Shown here: positions 39,482 through 48,091 of the stretch, in pieces | How the letters are laid out: each line of letters opens with the position of its first letter | How positions within the stretch are numbered: the first letter of the stretch is position 1 | IMG/VR virus record: IMGVR_UViG_2540341247_000004 | DNA: 64,000 nucleotides | Reading direction: 5' to 3' (one strand) | Origin: an uncultured virus (IMG/VR IMGVR_UViG_2540341247_000004) | Lineage: Duplodnaviria; Heunggongvirae; Uroviricota; Caudoviricetes | Notes under the pieces: generated by a model | What the model was told of the DNA's origin: nothing | The model's database searches: none | The model's input: only the letters and a program-made list of their open reading frames with translations | Translations under genes and position numbers: made by a program

Positions 39482-39849
39482 CACGCACAATGAATCCCCG
39501 CGCCGCGCTGGATTTTCCGACGCTTAACCCCGCTCTATGGGTTTGCTGGTCGAACCATGGCCGCCCGAGCTGGCCCCATGGGAGTCGCGACGTTGTTTAT
39601 TTGTCGAAAAATCGGCGCAGCCCTTCGGGTTTTGCGAATGGTAAATGGTCCTTCAAGATCGACGGTTTCGCCCTCTATACCAACGATTGCAGGAACGCCG
39701 CCACATTCGAGACCGAGGCCCAGGCGCGGGAATGGCTGGCAGAACAGGAATTCCGCCGCCCCTCTGCCTATTTGGTGAATGTCTCGACCGTTGCAGACGT
39801 CATCCTGCGCGAATTCAACAACGGGGAACCGATGGAGTCCGGGGCATGA
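39478..39849 (+). CDS. Hypothetical protein
   Basis: GAGG RBS, ATGA coupling. Confidence 0.65.
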   Translation: MTRTMNPRAALDFPTLNPALWVCWSNHGRPSWPHGSRDVVYLSKNRRSPSGFANGKWSFKIDGFALYTNDCRNAATFETEAQAREWLAEQEFRRPSAYLVNVSTVADVILREFNNGEPMESGA

Positions 39850-40034
39850 TGCGGGAAGTTACACAGGATGAATTTTACAAGCGGGTTAATCCGCTTGACG
39901 CCGTGGGCGACTGCTACAAGAACCGAGACGGAGAACATGAAATCGAACTGAGAGTCCGCCATAGTCGCAAGGTCATAGGGCGGCGCGTCGATCCGGGCTA
40001 CCCTAAGCCGGTCCGCTTCTACCTGGCCGAATAG
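39846..40034 (+). CDS. Hypothetical protein
   Basis: GGAG RBS, ATGA coupling. Confidence 0.6.
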   Translation: MMREVTQDEFYKRVNPLDAVGDCYKNRDGEHEIELRVRHSRKVIGRRVDPGYPKPVRFYLAE

Positions 40035-40106
40035 TCACCGCTTGACTATGTGCAGATTTTCACGCTTAGTGTGTATATCACGAATCAAGGAAGGATCGTT
40101 TGAATG
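40031..40106 (+). promoter_or_regulatory. Early promoter plus RBS cassette, copy 3
   Basis: Near-identical to 37484-37559. Confidence 0.85.
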
Positions 40107-40433
40107 TTTGAATCTGTGAAACTGACCGAACGCCGCGCCGATGCTTACGCGCGGGCACAGGCGGAACGGGGTAAGCCTGACTTTTGCTTTGTCGCCGTGA
40201 CGCCACAGGAATCCGACCGGCTGCCCGGCCAAGGTGTGGCCCTTGGTATCGCAACCGCGAACCGCCCCGGATACATGCCCATCCCTTGCGCTTGGGCGCG
40301 CTTTGCAAGCTGGGACGACGCCGCCGACCATGCGGACGAATTGAACGCCGCAACCGGCATTGACGCAGAAACCGCGTTCAAGATCACCGCGTCGACCATG
40401 GGCGGAATGCGTTTCACGGGGGCCGCACAATGA
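40104..40433 (+). CDS. Hypothetical protein
   Basis: Starts at the end of the promoter/RBS cassette. Confidence 0.7.
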   Translation: MFESVKLTERRADAYARAQAERGKPDFCFVAVTPQESDRLPGQGVALGIATANRPGYMPIPCAWARFASWDDAADHADELNAATGIDAETAFKITASTMGGMRFTGAAQ

Positions 40434-41109
40434 CCGGGGAACGCTTTTTCACAATCGCCCGCGATGAAACCGAATACTGGGATTCCGCCGTTCTGGCGGA
40501 CCTTGGCGCGGTCAAAATGTTTGGCTTGTATCTGGTGCGCGAAGGTGAGGCGACTCACGTTTGCAGCCTGACCCCGGCGGGCTGGTGCGATTTCGTGGGC
40601 AACTTTCCCGGTTGGGCCGAGGAACCCACGGACTCGCAATTCGAGGCGGGCGCGGCGCTGCGCTATGAAGGCGGCGCGGAGTCGTCGCGGAGTCGTCGCA
40701 CTATGCCGAACGCCTGGACCTGTCCAAGATCGACTCCCGGTTCATAGCTGGCCCTATGGTGATCGAACCCGAGGACGTCGACGCCGATCCGGCGGACCCC
40801 GACGCATACCACGCGGAATTGTGGGAAACGGCGCGGGATTGGTGGAATCAAGGCCCGGACGAACCCGGAATCCTTGAAGCGGATACGCTTGCCGCCTGGA
40901 TGATCGAGGAACGCGACCGGCGGCGCGCGTTGAACCTGCCGCCACTCGAACGGACGGACGAAACCCAGCAACTGCCGCTTTTCGTCACCGCCGCAAACCA
41001 GATCACGGCCAAGCGCGAGTCGATCTGGAACCGGGCTTCGGATCGTTTCGGCCCCATGGTCGCAGCCCGCATGCAACGCCGCGCCTTTGCGCGCCTCAAC
41101 TGGATTTAA
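40430..41109 (+). pseudogene. Single gene of about 222 aa frameshifted by an 11-bp tandem duplication
   Basis: GCGGAGTCGTC twice at 40676-40697; removing one copy joins ORFs 40430-40747 and 40756-41109 in frame. Confidence 0.75.
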
Positions 41110-41121
41110 GGAGTCGTCACC

Positions 41122-41628
41122 ATGACCCGCCCCCGCTGGAAAAAACCCGACGCCCGCAAAACGATTGAATCGCTTGCGGATACCGTGGCCGATGCTTTCG
41201 CCGTCGATCGCCCCACGGTTGGCCCCGGCCTACTTGAACGCGGGCCGAACGACTGGAAATTCAGATTCGATTCGCCGCTGGTCTGGACAACGTGCGGCGC
41301 GGGCCGCCTTTCCGTCGATATTTCCCCGACATTCGCGCACCTTTACTTTTGCTTTGACGATGTGGCCCGCGCGGTCGAGTCGCTGCACTACGCCGCGCAG
41401 CGGCTGAATCCGTGTTCGGGGAAATGGAATCTATGGGAGGCCGCGCCGACTCCGCTGCTGACCTTTGCCCGAGACGTGACCGCCAGTTTTCACGCGGTAG
41501 CCGAGACCGAACCCACGCCCGAAGAGCTGGACGCCTGCCGCCTGAAAAAAGAGCGAGACGCGGCGCACTGGGCCGCCATGCGGGCAGACTTTGCCGCCGC
41601 GCAACTTGAAAAGGAAAATGCGAAATGA
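41122..41628 (+). CDS. Hypothetical protein
   Basis: AAGGAG RBS; LNP.SGKWN motif. Confidence 0.7.
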   Translation: MTRPRWKKPDARKTIESLADTVADAFAVDRPTVGPGLLERGPNDWKFRFDSPLVWTTCGAGRLSVDISPTFAHLYFCFDDVARAVESLHYAAQRLNPCSGKWNLWEAAPTPLLTFARDVTASFHAVAETEPTPEELDACRLKKERDAAHWAAMRADFAAAQLEKENAK

Positions 41629-42008
41629 TTTATCTTGGCAGATCAATCGGCGCGGGCGACGTGCTGGAAATCCAGACGCCGCAAGGCTGGGAACCCTTCA
41701 CCGTGTCAGACTTTGCCCCGTCGACGGGCGAGGTTTACGGGCGCACCCCCGGCGGGGAATACGAACGCGCCGACGCTGGCGGGCGGGCGGTGCGCTGGCC
41801 GCCGCCGCTGCATGCCCCCACGCTTGCGCAAGCCCTGGCCGCGCATGGTATCAGCTACATTCCAGAACCCGACGCCCGCGCATTCCGCAAGTGTTTGACC
41901 GGGCCAGACGGGCAAGAGCTGGGGGCGTTCAACGCACAAGAGGCATGGGCCGAACTGCGCAAGCCGAATCCTTTTGGCTTGGATTGCAAGGGGCCGCGCG
42001 AAAAATGA
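41625..42008 (+). CDS. Hypothetical protein
   Basis: AAGGA RBS; ATGA coupling at both ends. Confidence 0.65.
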   Translation: MIYLGRSIGAGDVLEIQTPQGWEPFTVSDFAPSTGEVYGRTPGGEYERADAGGRAVRWPPPLHAPTLAQALAAHGISYIPEPDARAFRKCLTGPDGQELGAFNAQEAWAELRKPNPFGLDCKGPREK

Positions 42009-43315
42009 CCGCCGCCCCCTTTGTGAATATTGGCCCCGGCGCATCCGTGCCCCTGCGCTATCTGACACGCCACGCGGGAATCTATGGCGCGACCGGGACC
42101 GGCAAAACCACCACCGCCGCCGCCCTGGTTGAACGTATGGCAGACGCCGGAGTCCCGGTCCTTGTGCTGGATGCGAAAGGCGACCTTGAGTCCTTGTCAC
42201 TTGCGGGCGGCGCGGTCTGGGATGTAACGGGCGAACGCGGCGCACGCCGCCGCCTGGACCTGGGCCGCATGGGGCCGGATGAACTGGCGCGGGCGCTGGA
42301 ATTGTCAGAGGCACAGGCCGGGACTCTTGAGATCGCCCACGCTTACGCGCGGCGGCGCGGCGTCAAATGTCACAACCTGGACGATTTGCGGCGCTTGCTG
42401 GGGGACGTGGTGGCGCATCGTGAAACCGTGGCGGCCGAATTCGGATTAGTCACACCCGCGAGCGCCGCCGCGATTCAGCGTGCCCTATTGCGCCTGGATC
42501 GCACCGCCCCCGCCGCCTTTGGTCTGCCCCCGCTTGATCCTTTCGAGGCGGCAACGCGGGGACCGGATGGCCGGGGCAATGTTACCGTTTTGCGCGCCGC
42601 GCCCCTGACCGTGACACCCGGTCTATATGGTGCAGCCGTCGCGCACCTGCTGGGCACGCTCTACGCCGAAGCCGGGGAGCTAGGCGACGTCCCGGCCCCC
42701 GCCCTTGCCGTGTTTATTGACGAGTCGCACATGGTTTTTGATAGTGCCCCTTCTGTGATTATTCGCCGCCTTGAAACCGTGGCCCGGTTGATCCGGTCCA
42801 AGGGAATCGCGCTGATTTTCGCCACGCAATCGCCCGCCGATCTGCCCCCGGCAATCGCGGGGCAACTGGCAACGCGAATCCAGCACGGACTCCGAGGGGC
42901 GACCGGGCGGGGGCTGGCCGAAATTCGCGCCGCCGCTGATACCATGCCGGGGTCTCATTGGCGCGAAACCGTCGAACAGATCAAGACGCTAGGAGTCGGG
43001 CAAGCCCTGGTTTCTGTGCCCGGTGCGGGCGGCGTCCCACAGCCGGCGCGGCTGGTCAATGTGGTGCAGGGCCAAACGCAAGCCCGACCCCTTGCAGATG
43101 ATGAACGCAAGCCCGAGACCTTGCCCTATTTCTCCGACGCCCCGCCGCCTATTTCTCCGACGCCCCGCCGCCCTGAATCGATCTTGCCCCAAGGTTACTT
43201 TGACCGCCCAGGGGGCAACGTCGCCCCGGATCACTGGAAAAAAACGCGCAGCGCCTGGACTCGTTGGACTTCGATTGGATTTTGCGCTTATCTCCTGATT
43301 TTTTTAGTCGGTTAA
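42005..43315 (+). CDS. HerA/FtsK-superfamily ATPase (DUF853/YjgR-like) with predicted C-terminal TM
   Basis: RHAGIYGATGTGKT, DAKGDL, FIDESH, RLIRSKG....ATQSP.DLP..I.GQL..RIQH.LR, LGVGQALVS.....G.PQP; hydrophobic C-terminus. Confidence 0.88.
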   Translation: MTAAPFVNIGPGASVPLRYLTRHAGIYGATGTGKTTTAAALVERMADAGVPVLVLDAKGDLESLSLAGGAVWDVTGERGARRRLDLGRMGPDELARALELSEAQAGTLEIAHAYARRRGVKCHNLDDLRRLLGDVVAHRETVAAEFGLVTPASAAAIQRALLRLDRTAPAAFGLPPLDPFEAATRGPDGRGNVTVLRAAPLTVTPGLYGAAVAHLLGTLYAEAGELGDVPAPALAVFIDESHMVFDSAPSVIIRRLETVARLIRSKGIALIFATQSPADLPPAIAGQLATRIQHGLRGATGRGLAEIRAAADTMPGSHWRETVEQIKTLGVGQALVSVPGAGGVPQPARLVNVVQGQTQARPLADDERKPETLPYFSDAPPPISPTPRRPESILPQGYFDRPGGNVAPDHWKKTRSAWTRWTSIGFCAYLLIFLVG

Positions 43316-43430
43316 TATTTCTCCGACGCCCCGCCGCCTATTTCTCCGACGCCCCGCCGCCTATTTCTCCGACGCCCCGCCGCCTATTTCTCCGACGCCC
43401 CGCCGCCTATTTCTCCGACGCCCCGCCGCC
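43125..43430 (+). repeat. 23-bp repeat CCTATTTCTCCGACGCCCCGCCG: 2 copies at 43125-43170 (inside the ATPase gene) and 5 at 43316-43430
   Basis: Read directly; shares the TATTTCTCCG core with the 36002 repeat. Confidence 0.95.
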
Positions 43431-43583
43431 CAGGGTCGCGCGCAGGCGGGCACACGCGGGCGCGCAGGCGGGCACATAGGCGCGCGGGCAGGCAGAAATC
43501 GTTGAAAAACAAGGGTTTAGCGAGTCATTCCGATTGACACATGACCCAGGAAAACGACCGGAAACCCTTATTTCCAAGGGTTT

Positions 43584-45257
43584 GCGCCGCTGCCCGACCC
43601 TGCGTCCAGATCGCCACCAGCTGCCCGACCCTGCGTCCAGATCGCCACCAGCTGCCCGACCCTGCGTCCAGATCGCCACCAGCTGCCCGGCCCTGCGTCC
43701 AGATCGCCACCAGCTGCCCGACCCTGCGTCCAGATCGCCACCAGCTGCCCGGCCCTGCGTCCAGATCGCCACCAGCTGCCCGGCCCTGCGTCCAGATCGC
43801 CACCAGCTGCCCGACCCTGCGTCCAGATCGCCACCAGCTGCCCGGCCCTGCGTCCAGATCGCCACCAGCTGCCCGGCCCTGCGTCCAGATCGCCACCAGC
43901 TGCCCGACCCTGCGTCCAGATCGCCACCAGCTGCCCGGCCCTGCGTCCAGATCGCCACCAGCTGCGCCGCTGCCCGGCCCTGCGTCCAGATCGCCACCAG
44001 CTGCGCCGCTGCCCGACCCTGCGTCCAGATCGCCACCAGCTGCCCGGCCCTGCGTCCAGATCGCCACCAGCTGCCCGGCCCTGCGTCCAGATCGCCACCA
44101 GCTGCGCCGCTGCCCGGCCCTGCGTCCAGATCGCCACCAGCTGCGCCGCTGCCCGACCCTGCGTCCAGATCGCCACCAGCTGCCCGGCCCTGCGTCCAGA
44201 TCGCCACCAGCTGCCCGGCCCTGCGTCCAGATCGCCACCAGCTGCCCGACCCTGCGTCCAGATCGCCACCAGCTGCCCGACCCTGCGTCCAGATCGCCAC
44301 CAGCTGCCCGGCCCTGCGTCCAGATCGCCACCAGCTGCCCGACCCTGCGTCCAGATCGCCACCAGCTGCCCGGCCCTGCGTCCAGATCGCCACCAGCTGC
44401 CCGGCCCTGCGTCCAGATCGCCACCAGCTGCCCGACCCTGCGTCCAGATCGCCACCAGCTGCCCGGCCCTGCGTCCAGATCGCCACCAGCTGCGCCGCTG
44501 CCCGGCCCTGCGTCCAGATCGCCACCAGCTGCGCCGCTGCCCGACCCTGCGTCCAGATCGCCACCAGCTGCCCGGCCCTGCGTCCAGATCGCCACCAGCT
44601 GCGCCGCTGCCCGGCCCTGCGTCCAGATCGCCACCAGCTGCGCCGCTGCCCGACCCTGCGTCCAGATCGCCACCAGCTGCCCGGCCCTGCGTCCAGATCG
44701 CCACCAGCTGCCCGGCCCTGCGTCCAGATCGCCACCAGCTGCCCGGCCCTGCGTCCAGATCGCCACCAGCTGCCCGACCCTGCGTCCAGATCGCCACCAG
44801 CTGCCCGACCCTGCGTCCAGATCGCCACCAGCTGCCCGGCCCTGCGTCCAGATCGCCACCAGCTGCCCGACCCTGCGTCCAGATCGCCACCAGCTGCCCG
44901 ACCCTGCGTCCAGATCGCCACCAGCTGCCCGGCCCTGCGTCCAGATCGCCACCAGCTGCCCGACCCTGCGTCCAGATCGCCACCAGCTGCCCGACCCTGC
45001 GTCCAGATCGCCACCAGCTGCCCGGCCCTGCGTCCAGATCGCCACCAGCTGCCCGGCCCTGCGTCCAGATCGCCACCAGCTGCCCGACCCTGCGTCCAGA
45101 TCGCCACCAGCTGCCCGGCCCTGCGTCCAGTCGCCACCAGCTGCACCAGCTGCCCGGCCCTGCGTCCAGTCGCCACCAGCTGCCCGACCCTGCGTCCAGA
45201 TCGCCACCAGCTGCCCGGCCCTGCGTCCAGATCGCCACCAGCTGCGCCGCTGCCCGG
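43584..45257 (-). repeat. Array B: about 51 tandem 31-bp units (some with +8 or +9 bp), each with GCTGGTGG on - strand
   Basis: CCCTGCGTCCAGATCGCCACCAGCTGCCCGR units, counted by hand. Confidence 0.97.
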
Positions 45258-45379
45258 ACATTGTGCCTTTTTTCACGTTTTGTGTGTTTTTCACTTGCGA
45301 ATCGCCTAGTGACACGTCTAGACCTGTTTTCACACTTTATGTGCATGCTTGCACTGGATAGCAGGAAAGAGCCGGAACA

Positions 45380-45682
45380 ATGTTCAACCTTATCAAGCGA
45401 AACTTTACCAAAGATACCGCGCCAGTGGCGGCCGAATTCGAATTGCCGCGTCACAAAGGCTTTACCGCAACAATGCGAGTCGGTGGCCTGACAATGCACA
45501 AAACTTTCCCGACTCTGTATGCCGCGCAAGTCTGGATCATGCAGCGCCGCGAATTCGCCCAAACAATGGCAAACGCAATCGGCAAAACGACTCCAGCTGG
45601 TCGCGCCTATACTATTCGCAACTTGGAGACCGGAAAATTCGCCCCTTACAAATGGCAACTGACTCGCGCGGATTTGGTCTAA
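45380..45682 (+). CDS. Hypothetical early protein
   Basis: First gene after array B and operator sites at 45271 and 45328. Confidence 0.7.
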   Translation: MFNLIKRNFTKDTAPVAAEFELPRHKGFTATMRVGGLTMHKTFPTLYAAQVWIMQRREFAQTMANAIGKTTPAGRAYTIRNLETGKFAPYKWQLTRADLV

Positions 45683-45795
45683 TGGAATTGATTGAATTCG
45701 CCCTGACAACTATTCGCCCTGAGATGCAAAACGTCATTGTGTTTCTTGCCGCGCCATTGCTGGCAATTTGGGCAATCGATTCAATCTTCAGATAA
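45682..45795 (+). CDS. 37-aa membrane peptide
   Basis: TAATG coupling; hydrophobic C-terminal half. Confidence 0.5.
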   Translation: MELIEFALTTIRPEMQNVIVFLAAPLLAIWAIDSIFR

Positions 45796-45807
45796 GGAAT
45801 CCGAACA

Positions 45808-45903
45808 ATGATTAAACGCGCTTTCCAGATAGTCGCCTTGATTGCGTTTACCCCTGTTCCGTTAATCGCTGGGGCAATGAACGCAATCAAGGAGTCAATC
45901 TAA
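45808..45903 (+). CDS. 31-aa membrane peptide (not in the ORF track)
   Basis: TAAGGA RBS; MIKRAFQIVALIAFTPVPLIAGAMNAIKESI; TAATG coupling. Confidence 0.6.
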   Translation: MIKRAFQIVALIAFTPVPLIAGAMNAIKESI

Positions 45904-46094
45904 TGACAAGTAACGCCCTTTGGTCAGTTGTGCCAACACTAACGCCATGGCGCGGCGATATGAGACGCAATCCCGCGCCCTATTACATAGGGGCAAGCAT
46001 TAGTCTGACCGAATTCAGTTTTGCGCAACACGTTAAACAAGTCCTGAATCGTCGCGGGATTGCTTGCCACGTCGAATTGATGGAGTCGGAATGA
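45903..46094 (+). CDS. Hypothetical protein
   Basis: AAGGAG RBS, coupled. Confidence 0.65.
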   Translation: MTSNALWSVVPTLTPWRGDMRRNPAPYYIGASISLTEFSFAQHVKQVLNRRGIACHVELMESE

Positions 46095-46291
46095 TGGATA
46101 AAGAGCTCCATACCGCCCTTGGCTTGTCCGATACAGGCCACGTTGAATTGCATGATGCACATTCGCAATCTGAATTGCGCCAATGGATAAGACAATACAT
46201 CCGCTGGGGCGATTGGGGCGGATACTACGGAATCGCAATAGTCGCGCCCTGCGGCGATTGGCTGGAAACATTCGAAAAGGAGTCTGAATGA
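46091..46291 (+). CDS. Hypothetical protein
   Basis: GGAG RBS, ATGA coupling. Confidence 0.65.
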   Translation: MMDKELHTALGLSDTGHVELHDAHSQSELRQWIRQYIRWGDWGGYYGIAIVAPCGDWLETFEKESE

Positions 46292-46608
46292 TGTTTGTTG
46301 CATCTGAAAAGCAATTGCGCGGCTCAATGCGCGGCGCGAAACTTGGCGAATTGACTCCGGCCATTGTTCGGGCAATCGCCAAGGATAGTCACCTGACAAG
46401 ACTCGAGAGAATGGCAAAGCTGAATTCAATTGGCGAATTCCATGGAGTCGAGTATTTGGGCGAATTCAAGAGAACGGGCGAACCAGTTGTCTACTGCAAC
46501 GCCGGTGACACCTATGCCCTTACATTTGTTGCAATTGGCAATCGCGTCCTGCGGCTAACAACTTGGGGCGATATGGTGGAAAGAAACCAAATCAGGGAGT
46601 CGGAATAA
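46288..46608 (+). CDS. Hypothetical protein
   Basis: HGVEY ... YCNAGDTY..T ... WGD.VE motif; AAGGAG RBS. Confidence 0.7.
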   Translation: MMFVASEKQLRGSMRGAKLGELTPAIVRAIAKDSHLTRLERMAKLNSIGEFHGVEYLGEFKRTGEPVVYCNAGDTYALTFVAIGNRVLRLTTWGDMVERNQIRESE

Positions 46609-46835
46609 TGGCCTATGATATGAAAGGCGCGGCAATGCTCAAGCTAGCGATTGCCGGGAATGAACCAGCCCAACGCGCGGTTTATCTGGATTACGTTAAC
46701 AACTTCCTGACCGTGGCCGGATTCGCGTCCTATTACGGATTGAACCAGAAAACCGCCCAAGACTATCTGCAATGGTGGCGCGACATTCACGAGTCGCATT
46801 GCGCGGCAATGAAACAAATTCAGGAGTCGAAATGA
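46608..46835 (+). CDS. Hypothetical protein
   Basis: YLDYVNNFLTV..FA.YYGL motif; GGGAG RBS. Confidence 0.7.
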   Translation: MAYDMKGAAMLKLAIAGNEPAQRAVYLDYVNNFLTVAGFASYYGLNQKTAQDYLQWWRDIHESHCAAMKQIQESK

Positions 46836-47281
46836 TGCAGTTTCAATCAATCGAACAAATCAAGGCGGCCGTTGATTCCGGCCAATCCGTCAAATGGTCG
46901 AATTCGGGATATGACGTTATCAAGGATTCAATCGGGCAGTATCTGATTATATACCGCCCTAACGGATATGCTATTGGTTTGACCAATCAAGCCGGCGAGT
47001 CCCTTAATGGTGATATGGCGGAATTCTACACCGTCGATTCCGAATTCTGGAACAACTGGCAAGTCACGCGCAACGTCATTGCGTGGCAGCTGGAGTTTTT
47101 CGGAAACAACTTTCACCACGTCGAATCCACGTTGATTTCATCGGCTGGAAAGATTCCGGGCAAGCATGAGGAATGTGAATTCGGAATCCGCCCTGAACTT
47201 GGTGGCGGATATACCGCGCAAGTTGTCTGTCCGGAATACATTGCCGCGCGGATCAATGCTGCACAATTGGAGTCGGTGTAA
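46832..47281 (+). CDS. Hypothetical protein
   Basis: IK.AVD.G..V.WSN.GY.VIKD..GQYLI....NGYAIGLT; AGGAG RBS. Confidence 0.7.
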   Translation: MMQFQSIEQIKAAVDSGQSVKWSNSGYDVIKDSIGQYLIIYRPNGYAIGLTNQAGESLNGDMAEFYTVDSEFWNNWQVTRNVIAWQLEFFGNNFHHVESTLISSAGKIPGKHEECEFGIRPELGGGYTAQVVCPEYIAARINAAQLESV

Positions 47282-47613
47282 TGTCGGATCAACGCCCAGC
47301 CTTTTATGTCGCCTTGCATGGCATGCCCGGATTTATGCCGGATCATGTGTCAGGGCCATATCGCTTTGACCGGCGAGTCGACCTGACTCGTTGGGTCACG
47401 GATGAATTGCGCGCGTCTGACTTTTCAGACCGTAGCAGGCGGCAAGTCGACCTTGTGCGCGTCTGGCGTTGGATTCAATCCAATGATTCGTCTGGCAAAT
47501 GCTCTTTTGTCATTGCCGCAACTGATCCGAGTCAACGTGGCCGGATAGTCGAATTCCGCGCCATGACGGCCGCCGAATTCAAATCAGAAGAGGAGTCGGA
47601 ATATGACGCATGA
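47281..47613 (+). CDS. Hypothetical protein
   Basis: GGAG RBS, TAATG coupling; GMPGFMPD. Confidence 0.65.
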   Translation: MSDQRPAFYVALHGMPGFMPDHVSGPYRFDRRVDLTRWVTDELRASDFSDRSRRQVDLVRVWRWIQSNDSSGKCSFVIAATDPSQRGRIVEFRAMTAAEFKSEEESEYDA

Positions 47614-47818
47614 TTGCAAATATGGGCCATGGCCGCATGAGGACTCGCCAGAGTGGCGACGCATGGCAAAACAGGCAATCGCGGAATCCCGCGCGGCGCT
47701 AGATGTAATCCCGCCCCATATGCGAGACGTTGGCAATCCGAATTCGCCTATAAATTCGGGATTGTTCGGAATGGAAACAAGCGCATTCATGGCAATGCAA
47801 TACAAGGAGTCGGAATAA
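47603..47818 (+). CDS. Hypothetical protein
   Basis: GAGGAG RBS; LFGMET..FMAMQYK. Confidence 0.65.
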   Translation: MTHDCKYGPWPHEDSPEWRRMAKQAIAESRAALDVIPPHMRDVGNPNSPINSGLFGMETSAFMAMQYKESE

Positions 47819-48033
47819 TGTTTGGCCAAACTTGCCCCTTTGAAATTTTGCGCGGCGCGATGCTAAAATTCGCGCAAGACTCGCAATTTGAAAACAACTA
47901 TCGCAACACTTGCCCGGAATTTGCAAAAGAGATTACCAGTGCAATTTCACAAATTCAATGCGCCACCACGTTTGAACAATTGGCCGCCGTGCCTTGGGTA
48001 GCAGGACAAGCGGCAATGACCGGAGTCCACTGA
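47818..48033 (+). CDS. Hypothetical protein
   Basis: AAGGAG RBS, TAATG coupling; followed by a terminator. Confidence 0.6.
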   Translation: MFGQTCPFEILRGAMLKFAQDSQFENNYRNTCPEFAKEITSAISQIQCATTFEQLAAVPWVAGQAAMTGVH

Positions 48034-48060
48034 CAAGTTACCGCCTGACGTGACACGATT

Positions 48061-48089
48061 AAACCGCGCCGCATTGGCGCGGTTTTTTT
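48061..48089 (+). terminator. Intrinsic terminator
   Basis: AAACCGCGCC-gcatt-GGCGCGGTTT plus T run. Confidence 0.88.
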
Positions 48090-48091
48090 AT

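Noticed and set aside
41591..42004. N-terminal 138-aa extension of the HerA-like ATPase in the ORF track
   Set aside because: It overlaps gene 41625-42008 in another frame; the ATGA-coupled start at 42005 fits better.
43584..45257. A/G and +8 variant pattern in array B as an information code
   Set aside because: The pattern recurs in higher-order blocks, which unequal recombination or assembly of a long repeat explains adequately. There is no evidence that it is read out.
43407..45709. Long ORFs of 590-713 aa on both strands across array B
   Set aside because: The repeat unit lacks stop codons in every frame, the 31-bp period cycles through frames, and there is no convincing RBS. These are artefacts.
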